Made by a program: the position numbers and the translations under genes. Below the pieces are notes generated by a model. That model worked only from the letters and a program-made list of their open reading frames with translations. It ran no database searches and was not told where the DNA came from. A DNA stretch of 64,000 nt from Enterobacteria phage vB_EcoM_IME341: sequence record MH051917; one strand, 5' to 3'. This document shows positions 22,902 to 33,237 of the stretch, piece after piece. Each line of letters begins with the position of its first letter. Within the stretch, counting starts at the first letter, position 1.

Positions 22902-23566
22902 TAACTTACTCGCTTATAGTGATATAAGGTTGTTGTTCCATTTACGGTTCCACCTGTCATAGATTCTGTAGTAGAACCCAAATATTCCCAGTATCCATAA
23001 CCTGCACGAGGCTCTTGAACTATAGTCTGAGAAATGGTGCATCCTGCTTGTTTAAATGGCTCAAAAATATGGTTTTGGTAGTCGTTATATTTAATGTTTA
23101 AAGTAGATTGGTCTAGAGGGTCAATAGACGTTTCTGCCAAAATATAACTATCGGCAATAGCGCTTATAAAAGCATCGTTAACTTTAGAAGCAACCAGGAC
23201 CGAAGAATCACCTACAATAACTTCAACAGGCAAACCGAATACCTTAATAATAACCGTATCGCCTAATTCACCACCAGAAGAAATGGAGCCAGAGAAAGTT
23301 AATTTATCCGATTGTTGAATAAAACCAGGCGCTCTGTTTTCAGTAGTAGTTACAACTGCATTAACAGGAAGTTCTGCACGGAAAGCAATATCATCAATAG
23401 CACTTTGGACCGTAGGATAATAAACGCCTTTTTGAGTTTGGTTTGCTGATGGACCACCAATAGGACGTTGACCTGCCACTGCGGCAGGTTGATTAGTTGT
23501 AAAAGAAAATTCTAAAAAGTCAGCAAGGCGGGATTTTAACCCGCTTTTCATTTCTGTTAAAGTCAT
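22901..23566 (-). CDS. 11: baseplate wedge protein gp11
   Basis: 221 aa; synteny. Confidence 0.8.
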   Translation of the reverse strand: MTLTEMKSGLKSRLADFLEFSFTTNQPAAVAGQRPIGGPSANQTQKGVYYPTVQSAIDDIAFRAELPVNAVVTTTENRAPGFIQQSDKLTFSGSISSGGELGDTVIIKVFGLPVEVIVGDSSVLVASKVNDAFISAIADSYILAETSIDPLDQSTLNIKYNDYQNHIFEPFKQAGCTISQTIVQEPRAGYGYWEYLGSTTESMTGGTVNGTTTLYHYKRVS

Positions 23567-25377
23567 TACGCAATCCTCACCCAGCGATAAACGGTTGTAT
23601 ATGGAGGCAAAGTATCAATAGGAATAGGCGTTGTAGATTGCTGCTTGTTTATCGTAGCTTTATCTTCACGATATTTTGTATAAGCAGGGCCTTGGGCATC
23701 CGGGTCTACCAAACATCCACCGATAACAATAGGACCGTTATCATCAGCAACTAATACCTTGTCATCTGTATTAAGTTCAGGAACGTTTTCATATTTAATG
23801 GAAATATTATGAGAACCACCTGTTCCACCGGCAGTAGATTTAGGAATACCTGAAGAATCTAAATCATTATTGTTTGCATTGAACAATGAATCAGCGTCCG
23901 GAGACCAACCTACAAGGAAACTATCAGACAGACGTTTCCAACTACCCATACCCATATAAGTTGCAGGGTTATTAGGGTTCACGGTGTTCTCATAAATCGT
24001 TCCGATAGGGTGGAACAAATCAAACATCACTGCGGCCGTATTAATAGAAACTTCAGATTCTGCTACAGGTTCAAAGTTAGGAGAAAACGGATTATCCACA
24101 TCAGTAATACGAACCTGGCCAGTCAAAGATACCGAAGGACCTTGAGAAATATAGATATCGTTTGTTGTATCTAAAATCTCGTCAATAGTCATAGTGGTAC
24201 CGATATCGTTATTATACCAAATCACAGTAAGGATATCGCCATGTTCCAGTTTACGTCCAAATTCAAATGACTCGATTTTGTCATCATCTGCTATATTCAA
24301 AATATAATCAGATTTGGATTGGGTCCATACACCACCCGAATCTGCACAAAGGCCTGCATCATCCGTATCAACACCTTCACAATAGAAAGCAGGGAATCCG
24401 GCAGTACCAGCTTGATGCAATAAAGTACTGTTAAGCATCACCTGGCAAGCATTAGGGTTAATAGGGCTTGTAGGAGAAACGTTTAATTCTGCCGATGTAA
24501 TAGTCTGTACGGTAGAAAGGTCTAATACTACTTTAGAACCATTAACTGTGGTTTCATGGGTCAGGGTTTTATCTAAAATGGTAATATCACGACGGTTATA
24601 AGAACTACGCCATTGGGCCAATCCATCGTTATACGATTTAATAATTACCGTATCGCCAGCTTCACAAGGATATTTCAAACGGATATCTTTACCGTTCAAT
24701 TCAACCAATTCGCCTGGGTTTGCACCTGGGCTACCAAACTCAGAAGTAGCTTCATCAAATATATCGTCTACACCATAAAACAAGGTGTTACCACGTTGGA
24801 TAACGCTAAGACTTGAAATATTATAGGTTAGACCTGGGAAAATATCCAAGAAATCAGTTTGGCCTTCAGTGGCAATAAACTGTTTAGTTGCTACAGTAGC
24901 GAGGTCGTTATTTGGGATACGGTTAACTTGTTTGTTCTCAACATATTCCCAACGTCCTGGAGCACAGTAAACAAGTTCAAGGTCAGCAAAGTTACGTGCT
25001 ATTTCAACCTGTACAGCAGAACCTTTAATTGTATCACCTGGAGCAGGTATAATCGTTACAGGGTTAGCTTGCCAAGAAGAATAAACGTCGCGTAAACGAA
25101 TTACAAAGTTATATTCTGATGGGGTGCCTTTAGGAAGTTGAACGTTAATCCTTCCACCTTGGGTATTCAATGTGTAGCTATGACCCATAACGGCATTAAG
25201 TAAAGGACCGTCTGCAGTAGAATATTGTTTCCAGGCACCAGCAGCGTGTGGATTATCTCCATCACCTAATTGATAATATAACTCATTAAAGTTATTATTG
25301 ATTTTTAGACCGCCTGCGCGCAGGTAATCTCCGGAGCCATCGTCAACGGCCTGGCCGATTTTTAATTCTTGTTTCAT
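23566..25377 (-). CDS. 10: baseplate wedge protein gp10
   Basis: 603 aa; synteny. Confidence 0.8.
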   Translation of the reverse strand: MKQELKIGQAVDDGSGDYLRAGGLKINNNFNELYYQLGDGDNPHAAGAWKQYSTADGPLLNAVMGHSYTLNTQGGRINVQLPKGTPSEYNFVIRLRDVYSSWQANPVTIIPAPGDTIKGSAVQVEIARNFADLELVYCAPGRWEYVENKQVNRIPNNDLATVATKQFIATEGQTDFLDIFPGLTYNISSLSVIQRGNTLFYGVDDIFDEATSEFGSPGANPGELVELNGKDIRLKYPCEAGDTVIIKSYNDGLAQWRSSYNRRDITILDKTLTHETTVNGSKVVLDLSTVQTITSAELNVSPTSPINPNACQVMLNSTLLHQAGTAGFPAFYCEGVDTDDAGLCADSGGVWTQSKSDYILNIADDDKIESFEFGRKLEHGDILTVIWYNNDIGTTMTIDEILDTTNDIYISQGPSVSLTGQVRITDVDNPFSPNFEPVAESEVSINTAAVMFDLFHPIGTIYENTVNPNNPATYMGMGSWKRLSDSFLVGWSPDADSLFNANNNDLDSSGIPKSTAGGTGGSHNISIKYENVPELNTDDKVLVADDNGPIVIGGCLVDPDAQGPAYTKYREDKATINKQQSTTPIPIDTLPPYTTVYRWVRIA

Positions 25378-26237
25378 TATACTGGGACTCCAATAGTTTG
25401 GGTATCTACGACTTTAATTGCCAATCTCATAGGGATTTCAGATGATGCCGTAGCCACTATATAGTTAGTTGCATCAAATTTAAAATCGAGTTTGTAAATT
25501 TCGTCTTCATCAGTGGCCTGACCACGACGGATAACAGCGTATTCCGTAGAATATATTTTTTTAGCTTGGTTATCCATAAACAAAAGATATTCAGAAGCTT
25601 TATAAATGGTTTCATTGGCATTTACTGCCGTAACTAAAAGCTTAACCAAAGAATATTGGCCTGAAAAAACCACTGGGATATCTCTAGGTACGTTAGAAAT
25701 ATTATATGTTCTATTTAATGGTACTCGCTTATCACCAAACATACTCTCAATAGAATAATCCCATACAGCTATACCGTTTATATCACTTACACACCACAAC
25801 AGAACTCGAGTATAAGGAGTTACTATTCTTAGGGTTGATGTAGGGTGATTTAAAAATGAATCCAATATACGGATTTCAAGATAGTTAGTAGCTGAAATGC
25901 TTCCGTTAGAGTTAATTATTTCAATACCTTCACCCACAGCTCCTTTTACAGTTGTCAAAACTATAGAACCTGTAGAGGCATCAATATCAACCAAAGAGCC
26001 AAGGTCAACAGAACCTGCTTGGTCGGTATCGCCAAATTTTTGATAGTATCCAGTGGCATGTAATTTCTGACCGGTAGTTTCGCCTGTAAGGGCTGCTTTA
26101 CGTTGGTCACCAAAAGTATTGTAGATGTTATTTAAGTCGGTGTTCAGTTTAACACCACCGTCATATAAGATGTCGCCGGTGCTAGCATTACCAATTTCAC
26201 CAACGTCAATTAGTAATTTACCAGTTTGCTTAATCAT
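25377..26237 (-). CDS. 9: baseplate wedge protein gp9
   Basis: 286 aa; synteny. Confidence 0.8.
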   Translation of the reverse strand: MIKQTGKLLIDVGEIGNASTGDILYDGGVKLNTDLNNIYNTFGDQRKAALTGETTGQKLHATGYYQKFGDTDQAGSVDLGSLVDIDASTGSIVLTTVKGAVGEGIEIINSNGSISATNYLEIRILDSFLNHPTSTLRIVTPYTRVLLWCVSDINGIAVWDYSIESMFGDKRVPLNRTYNISNVPRDIPVVFSGQYSLVKLLVTAVNANETIYKASEYLLFMDNQAKKIYSTEYAVIRRGQATDEDEIYKLDFKFDATNYIVATASSEIPMRLAIKVVDTQTIGVPV

Positions 26238-26263
26238 AGGTATGCCTCATTATTGATATAATG

Positions 26264-26271
26264 TATTTATA
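26264..26271 (-). promoter_or_regulatory. late promoter TATAAATA for gp9
   Basis: TATTTATA on plus strand 27 nt upstream of gp9 start. Confidence 0.55.
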
Positions 26272-26280
26272 CCCCCGAAA

Positions 26281-26299
26281 GGGCCTTGCGGCCCTTTTT
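26281..26299. other. intergenic GC hairpin between gp8 and gp9
   Basis: GGGCC-TTGC-GGCCC followed by TTTTT on plus strand; orientation ambiguous. Confidence 0.45.
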
Positions 26300-27305
26300 A
26301 GAATTCGAAGACAATGTTAATTTCTTCGGTCTGGTCCATGGAACGAATAACCGGAGGTCGGTTTTCCATATAAATCATTTCACCGGAGTGGCGGGAGAGG
26401 TCTATAACATCATAGTACTCTTTTTCGGCTTTAATGATCGGATCGGATGGGTGGGCTTTAGCTTCCAAAGGGTTGGAAATTATTGAAAGTTGTCTAAACC
26501 CTTTGTTACCAGGCAGACTAAATTCAGGGAAGTAAACTGAATCTAAGAATGCTTTAAAACGAATAGTATTGGCTTTAATACGATAAATTAAACCATAATC
26601 GTCTTGTTGCCAAGTAAGGTTATTCTCGTATCCCCAACGTTCAGGGTCTTCAGCAATTTCTTCTGGCCATGGTACTACAATATATTCGTTGGTGCAACGG
26701 TTGATACTTACATCAGGTGGAATCTCATAAAGGTATTCCCAAAGATATCCATCACCAGTATCAACCATACCTTCTGTATCGCCTTGTCCTGCCGGGGCTT
26801 TAACTGAAGGAACGTTAGCAGTCCATTTACCACCAAGTTTAATACACTCGGTTTTGTTATCAAGAGATAAAATGGAACATGCTCCGGATTCCGGTACGTC
26901 TACACAACGATAAACCATCCAACCTGCACCTACATCAGTACGGTTTTGTGGTTGGCTATTCGCCACTACAATTTCACCGATTTGGAAAGTGAAAGGGTTA
27001 GGATAAGAGGTATCGCCCCAGTCTTTGCGAGGAACAACACAATCTAGCATACTCTTATAAACCTTAACACAACCCATCATGTTTGTCCAGACGTCTTCTA
27101 CGCCCTCAGAATCATCTACAGGATAAGGTGGAGCAAAGCCTGGGTCGTTTTCGTTAGGAGCCCATGGTTGGGCTCTTCCGAAAGATACATACATCGTGTT
27201 CTGGTCTTCGCCGTCACCGATTGTTCTGTAAAAGTTGTACATTTTTTCCGTTCTAAATTTAGAAGTAACAATAGAACGGTATATTACTGTTGAATTAATC
27301 ATCAA
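26298..27305 (-). CDS. 8: baseplate wedge protein gp8
   Basis: 335 aa; synteny. Confidence 0.8.
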   Translation of the reverse strand: MMINSTVIYRSIVTSKFRTEKMYNFYRTIGDGEDQNTMYVSFGRAQPWAPNENDPGFAPPYPVDDSEGVEDVWTNMMGCVKVYKSMLDCVVPRKDWGDTSYPNPFTFQIGEIVVANSQPQNRTDVGAGWMVYRCVDVPESGACSILSLDNKTECIKLGGKWTANVPSVKAPAGQGDTEGMVDTGDGYLWEYLYEIPPDVSINRCTNEYIVVPWPEEIAEDPERWGYENNLTWQQDDYGLIYRIKANTIRFKAFLDSVYFPEFSLPGNKGFRQLSIISNPLEAKAHPSDPIIKAEKEYYDVIDLSRHSGEMIYMENRPPVIRSMDQTEEINIVFEF

Positions 27306-30300
27306 TTTTTACCTGAGTTGGGTCTTGCGGGTCTCTAGGGTTTCCTATATCAGCTTTAAGTCTGTCATCAACTAAAGCACGCCATTTTGAAAATGTTACT
27401 GCACTTTGGTCAAATAAAGGACTATGCTTTTTAATACGTTCATGAGGTAATTGACCTTGGAATACAGAGAAATCATTTTCTGCATCATAGTCATCAGGAA
27501 TAGGGAACGGTTCGCCTGCTTTAGGTCCAACGTTATAAACCGGAAGTCCTGTTCTAGGGTCTCTTTCTATATTACCATCAAATCCGATTACAGCAACTCT
27601 ATCGTACCACTCGGATGGAAGTCCTGAGTCCCACTTATAGTTCTTAAGTATATTAATAATGGTTTCCGTGTGCTTTAATGTCAATCCGACGTTAACAAAC
27701 ATAGAAAGCAACGTAATCCCTATAAAGCCAAATCCTACAGGGTGGACAAATCTCAACACGTCATTACGATATCGAGAAGTAGGGAGGTTGGATTTAATAG
27801 TCATAACATAATAAGAACGGTTACGGTTAATATAATCGATATTGTTACTTAACAATTCTTTACCGCGTACACCCTGCACTATCATACCTTTAAATGAGGT
27901 GCGTTCAGATTTAATCTCTTGTCCGACTATAAAACGGCCTAAAAGATTGTGGATGGTTAAACGCCATTGCAATTTACCATCTTTGTAATTTCGTTCTATA
28001 TAAGTAACATTACTTCTTCCTGTAGGGGTATAAATCGTTTGGCCTACGATATCTTCACTGATATTGTCGGATTCTACAATGATATCATATTCAATCGAGT
28101 TCTTGGACTCGATGTCAATTTCAACATCTTCGTTATAAAGCAATTTAAACAGGAATTTATATGAAGCTTCGGTACCTTTTGTAGACCAGAAATCCGATTG
28201 TCTTGCTTGGAAGAAACGAACTACTTCGTCGCGTTTTTCTTTAGACAAATAGATATTGCGTTTATAGATTTCAGACCATAAGTATTCCCATGCATCTTCT
28301 TCTCTAGGATATTGGTTACGAATAAGATTTAATAGATTATTATAATGGGTGCCGGAGCCATCACTAATAAACTGAAGATAGTATTCGCAGAATTTTTCAA
28401 AGTTAGAATCTTGAAGCAAATAACTATCAGGAACCATTTTAACCAATAAAGGACGCAAATCTGGGTCTTGTTCGCCGGTTTCTTCTTTAGGCGTCCATGG
28501 AATTTCATGCTCTTGGTTTTGAAGCTCAGCCGTAAACATTATTTCTTTAGGCTTCCAAATTATTCTAACTTCATCTCGAACTCGGTAGTCGAACTCGAAA
28601 TATCCAACCAATTCACCCGATGATTTGTGAATCATTATACCTGAAGAATATTTTTTAAATCCATTGAATTCAATGTTCGGGCATGTTACGGTACAAAAGC
28701 CTTTATCCCAAATTTCGCGAATAATACGTTCAGGAGAAGAACCACTGTTTAAATCAATAATTTTCTGGTATAAGGCATCATTATAAACAACCATTGCATG
28801 ATTACTTGTGGTAATCCAAGAACGGGTCCCGTCGCGTCTAGACCAACTAAAGAATGGTTCAGCATAATAAGCCATTCGACCAGGTTTGAATTCTTTAAAA
28901 TCTGACTTACTGTTAGCTCTAAAGCTCATCATCAGATAATGTTTATCATGAATCCACTGTTCGTCCTTAACATATTTTACCGCTGAGGCCACAATAGGGG
29001 TTTCTAAAGGTAATTCGTTATCAACTTCTATTTCGTATTTGAAGTTACTGGAGCTAAAGAATATTTCTTCGCCATCAGTAGACATGCTAGTATAACCGTG
29101 CTCAATACGACGTCTCTCTTCTTCAGTATTACCAAATACTCGGGTCCACGTATCGGTTTCGACATCCAGCCAATAAACACCTTTAGATTCAGAATCAACC
29201 ACGTTTTCTTCTTTAGTAGGGTCCATTCTTTCTTCTTTAACTTCACCCGTAATTAAGGCAAAGGTATTTCCTTGGATTGAATCTAACTTATAACAAACTG
29301 CTTTAGGGTTACCGGTTATAGTCGAATATCCGCTTTCAAATATTTTTTCACCATAAGTAGGAGAACCCGGGTCGGTATCAATAGGGGCATCAGTAGTTTT
29401 TGCTTTATAAACTCGGTCACGGGCCGCAACGTAAATAAAATCGTCCGAAGCACACATAGCTTCTGTGATAGTAGAAATAGCTAATGGTAAACGGGCATAA
29501 GAACCGAAAATTTCGATTTCGAAGTCCAGGTCGATATCACTACCAATTTTGGCAAATGTCACGTCTTGTGAGCTAAAACGTACATCATCAGCAGACCAAC
29601 GAATATCACTCGATTTACGTCCGTAAAATATACGGTCATAACCTAGAACATAAGTTGTTGTGTCTGTTTGATAATGAGCCGTACGTGAAACCGGATTACC
29701 TACCCTATCATTAAACAAACGGATATAATGCCAGTTCTGGGCCTTATCATTAGATACCTTAGCGGTGTTTTGGAATCTTTCTAAAAGGTAAAGTACACCA
29801 CCAAGCTCCATTAAAATAGAACGATTAGGGTCTTTACAAACGGCTTGGATACTTCCTTGAATCTCATGGAAGCGGTCAGCCTTTAATACGTAATTAGAAA
29901 TTGAAGAAAGGTGTGAATATGCCGGAGTCCAAGTAAAATCTTCGGTCATCATAGAGGCCATAATGGCGTCACTATTAAAATCTACGTAACTCTGGTTATT
30001 TTTAGTAAATTTTTCTTCAATGAATTTATTAGATAAAGTGAATTCGCGCATATGCTCGAAGGTATATGCGTTAGTAGAAAATGTCTCGAATTCTTCTGTA
30101 TAAACCCAGTCGGATTGTTCAAATCCTTGAGCCGCTACAGCGACACGCATTTTATAAAACGAATCAGGAGAAATAAATCTTTCTTCGAACCAGTTATTGT
30201 TCGGGGTGTAACCTAAATTTCTCCAAAATAACTTATCATCGGGTATAGATTCACCCGCATCCTTGGTTTGGGCCAGTTCTACGAAATAATAGAAATTGGC

Positions 30301-30387
30301 GCCTACGTCATCCCAAAGAATACTTACATGGTTAGCCGAGAGTTTATCAATTCTCAAACTAGTAACGGAAGGCGCTTGCACAGACAT
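27295..30387 (-). CDS. 7: baseplate wedge protein gp7
   Basis: 1030 aa; synteny. Confidence 0.8.
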   Translation of the reverse strand: MSVQAPSVTSLRIDKLSANHVSILWDDVGANFYYFVELAQTKDAGESIPDDKLFWRNLGYTPNNNWFEERFISPDSFYKMRVAVAAQGFEQSDWVYTEEFETFSTNAYTFEHMREFTLSNKFIEEKFTKNNQSYVDFNSDAIMASMMTEDFTWTPAYSHLSSISNYVLKADRFHEIQGSIQAVCKDPNRSILMELGGVLYLLERFQNTAKVSNDKAQNWHYIRLFNDRVGNPVSRTAHYQTDTTTYVLGYDRIFYGRKSSDIRWSADDVRFSSQDVTFAKIGSDIDLDFEIEIFGSYARLPLAISTITEAMCASDDFIYVAARDRVYKAKTTDAPIDTDPGSPTYGEKIFESGYSTITGNPKAVCYKLDSIQGNTFALITGEVKEERMDPTKEENVVDSESKGVYWLDVETDTWTRVFGNTEEERRRIEHGYTSMSTDGEEIFFSSSNFKYEIEVDNELPLETPIVASAVKYVKDEQWIHDKHYLMMSFRANSKSDFKEFKPGRMAYYAEPFFSWSRRDGTRSWITTSNHAMVVYNDALYQKIIDLNSGSSPERIIREIWDKGFCTVTCPNIEFNGFKKYSSGIMIHKSSGELVGYFEFDYRVRDEVRIIWKPKEIMFTAELQNQEHEIPWTPKEETGEQDPDLRPLLVKMVPDSYLLQDSNFEKFCEYYLQFISDGSGTHYNNLLNLIRNQYPREEDAWEYLWSEIYKRNIYLSKEKRDEVVRFFQARQSDFWSTKGTEASYKFLFKLLYNEDVEIDIESKNSIEYDIIVESDNISEDIVGQTIYTPTGRSNVTYIERNYKDGKLQWRLTIHNLLGRFIVGQEIKSERTSFKGMIVQGVRGKELLSNNIDYINRNRSYYVMTIKSNLPTSRYRNDVLRFVHPVGFGFIGITLLSMFVNVGLTLKHTETIINILKNYKWDSGLPSEWYDRVAVIGFDGNIERDPRTGLPVYNVGPKAGEPFPIPDDYDAENDFSVFQGQLPHERIKKHSPLFDQSAVTFSKWRALVDDRLKADIGNPRDPQDPTQVKIDD

Positions 30388-30415
30388 TAAATCTCCTCAA
30401 AGCCTCCTAAGAGGC

Positions 30416-32374
30416 TTATATTGTAATAGGTTCTAATTCAATGGTCGTGTATTGAGGGCGGAGGTCATCTTCAAATACGATTAACGAACCGTCTTTTGTA
30501 AAGATGTTGTCTTGGTCAGGCCCCGCATAAAGTTCTATAGATTGAACTTCAAAACGATCGGACGTTAAACCGATAGCCGCAATGTCCCAGAAAATGAAAT
30601 CTGAATAATAATCAATTTCACCTATAACGTAATAAACGGATTGGTCTGCAGGAGCAGGCATTTTATCAAAGTCGTTTCCTGTATATGGTTTAATATATTG
30701 GTTTTCAATTACATCTCCTGGACGGAAAGGCCCAATAACAATTTTACCATCACCACGTTCGTCTTTATCTGTAGCGGCAATTCTGACATTATATGCCGGA
30801 TTGTCTTCAGAAACGGTAGTAGGGACAAACTCAAATTCACTAGAAACCACAGAACGGTTAGTGTATTGATTATAGTATTTAATACCTGATTCAGGGGTTT
30901 TGAAAAAGTTCAATACCTCACGAACCATTGTTATGGTAGCAGAGGAGCCTAAAATACTATGGTCTGCATTATCAATATAAGTCAGCATTTTTGACTTAGC
31001 GAATCCATGGTTAAAAATTTCTACTTCGTTAATATAATAACGGTCTATCTGAGAAAGAATTTGAGCCGATAACCACTGTTCAGATTCCTGTAATTTATTC
31101 AAGGCATACGAAACCTTAATTTTATGCTTTAAGAACAAATAATCGGGAGAAATAACAGAAGCGGTAATAGGGGCCAAGTTAAATTCTTTTAGGTAGTCTT
31201 GGATATCTTCACGCTGGACTGCGGTCAAATATAGCCCTGATTTAGGTTTAATGGTGACAAAAGCATAACCTGGCTTATTTGGGTCTGTAAAGGTTTGTAC
31301 TGCTTGTACAATAGAACCAAAACGTTCGGACACGAATGTATCGTAGTCGGTTCCTGTTACAGCACGCATCTGGGCTTCGCGCTTAACTACAGCCAATTCA
31401 CGAATACGTTCAATATCTTCAGGGTCACCACCGCCATCGGCACCTACATAATCAGGGTCGTCGTTATAGTTTTCAGTAATTTTTTCTACAGTAATATAAG
31501 CCAAGGAGTCAGCATAACTGAAGTCAACCGCACCGTTTGCAACTTCACCGTCTGTACGAAGGTATTCTATAACAATGGTAGAATCTTTAACAGGTTTTAG
31601 ACCACCAATATAATTAGCTTCTAATACTCCACCTGCAACAGATTTCTCGGCTTCACCCTCACCAAAGAAGAATTCAGTATTACCATCTACGGTTTCGCGC
31701 ATATAGTAAATGGTAGAGGTGCTACCAGCATGAACCATCGATTTATTGGTCCAGTTAATCCATTCTGCGCCATCAACATAAAGTTTAACTTCTTGTCTAT
31801 CGATATCCGGGTCGCGAATAAGAATAGGAGTTTTAGGGTCGTATTTAAGTTCGGTACGAATAATACGTCCTTGAGCCAGAGAAACAATAGGCCAATATTG
31901 GTTATTAACATCACGCACGGCAATAACGTTATCTGTTGTCACAAAAGAATATGGATCGGCGGATGTATCACGGGCATACGCTAAGAATTTAGTACCTCTT
32001 GGAATACGAATATTCTTTTCATTAAGGGCCTGAGTACACGTAAGCATTACGGTAGTTTTTGCCGCTGATTTAGAACTAGGAAGATATCCGTTATCCTGTG
32101 CAGCCTGGACAACCGAAGAACGAAGGTTTGCAGTTCCTATAAAAGATTCGTATAAAGCTGTGTTAGCAAATTGTTGCATATAAAGGGTATTATAAGCAAG
32201 CATATCAATAAGGATATTCATTCGAGAACCAACGAAATCATAATCCTTAAATTCGTCCTGGCTAGAAAGCCAGTCTATAATATTCTTTTTAATTTCTTCA
32301 AACGTAGCTCCCACAAATACTTTTGGGATAGCGTTAACGGTTCTTGTTAATTGGTAATTCGTAGGAGTAGCCAT
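30416..32374 (-). CDS. 6: baseplate wedge protein gp6
   Basis: start moved to MATPTNYQLTRT; synteny. Confidence 0.8.
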   Translation of the reverse strand: MATPTNYQLTRTVNAIPKVFVGATFEEIKKNIIDWLSSQDEFKDYDFVGSRMNILIDMLAYNTLYMQQFANTALYESFIGTANLRSSVVQAAQDNGYLPSSKSAAKTTVMLTCTQALNEKNIRIPRGTKFLAYARDTSADPYSFVTTDNVIAVRDVNNQYWPIVSLAQGRIIRTELKYDPKTPILIRDPDIDRQEVKLYVDGAEWINWTNKSMVHAGSTSTIYYMRETVDGNTEFFFGEGEAEKSVAGGVLEANYIGGLKPVKDSTIVIEYLRTDGEVANGAVDFSYADSLAYITVEKITENYNDDPDYVGADGGGDPEDIERIRELAVVKREAQMRAVTGTDYDTFVSERFGSIVQAVQTFTDPNKPGYAFVTIKPKSGLYLTAVQREDIQDYLKEFNLAPITASVISPDYLFLKHKIKVSYALNKLQESEQWLSAQILSQIDRYYINEVEIFNHGFAKSKMLTYIDNADHSILGSSATITMVREVLNFFKTPESGIKYYNQYTNRSVVSSEFEFVPTTVSEDNPAYNVRIAATDKDERGDGKIVIGPFRPGDVIENQYIKPYTGNDFDKMPAPADQSVYYVIGEIDYYSDFIFWDIAAIGLTSDRFEVQSIELYAGPDQDNIFTKDGSLIVFEDDLRPQYTTIELEPITI

Positions 32375-32382
32375 TTTAATTC

Positions 32383-32676
32383 CTATTTTATGAATACTTT
32401 GGATGAGGCTTGTGCGACTGTATCTCCGCATGAAATAGGGTCCGCCATCTGGACAGCCTTTTTGCCTGTAACATATACCTTTGATGTTCTAGGTTGGGTT
32501 ACCCCACCGTGGGTTTCATATGGTTTTTTAATTTCTGTGTGTTCTGTAATAGGGTCCCCTGCAACTAATACAGGAATACCACCCGTAAATACTTTACCTT
32601 GGGTGGCATTTATTACTGTAGGAGGCCACGCTTCATGACCTGCCGTTACGCATTGGTTGTAACTTAAGCCTGACAT
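32383..32676 (-). CDS. 5.4: PAAR-repeat spike tip protein gp5.4
   Basis: 97 aa, position between gp5.1 and gp6. Confidence 0.7.
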   Translation of the reverse strand: MSGLSYNQCVTAGHEAWPPTVINATQGKVFTGGIPVLVAGDPITEHTEIKKPYETHGGVTQPRTSKVYVTGKKAVQMADPISCGDTVAQASSKVFIK

Positions 32677-33237
32677 TTACGGCCTCGCATATACGTATTC
32701 TCTTAATTGGTGAGCCCATTTGCTCCAATTACCCACTATAACCTTGGTATAAACCTTAGTAAGGGTTTTTCTTACTGGTGCTGGAGGAGGGTCTGTTTCG
32801 TTACCAGCTCTAGAATTACTCCCTCCTGAGCTCCCTGTATCACCTCCTGACGTCTCTTCCTGAAAGTCATAGATTAATGTGACAGTATAAGAAAAAGTCT
32901 TCTGGAGATTGCTAGGGGCTTTCCAGAGGTATAATTGAGTGCTCTCGTCCTCTGGTAAATCTTTCCATGAACCAGCAGTTTTAAATTCATCGTTTAATCG
33001 GTATTTTAATGCATCCTCGGAGAATCCAAATACTGATTCGTAGGTTCCATATAAACGGGCCCCATCGACAATAATGCCTTCTGTAGGCTCATATTCTGTT
33101 ATATTTATTTCAACTAATGTTTCGTTTGTTTCTAATTGAGCAGTAAACGTAACATCGATTGAGGCTCCTTCCATGGAGTCTCCTAAATCTGTGCTCATAG
33201 GTAAAATATTAGCCAATGTCAATCCTCGAACCATCAA
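32677..33237 (-). CDS. 5.1: gp5.1-like protein
   Basis: position; true start possibly internal (MSTDLGD), the 5' end overlaps gp5. Confidence 0.55.
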   Translation of the reverse strand: MMVRGLTLANILPMSTDLGDSMEGASIDVTFTAQLETNETLVEINITEYEPTEGIIVDGARLYGTYESVFGFSEDALKYRLNDEFKTAGSWKDLPEDESTQLYLWKAPSNLQKTFSYTVTLIYDFQEETSGGDTGSSGGSNSRAGNETDPPPAPVRKTLTKVYTKVIVGNWSKWAHQLREYVYARP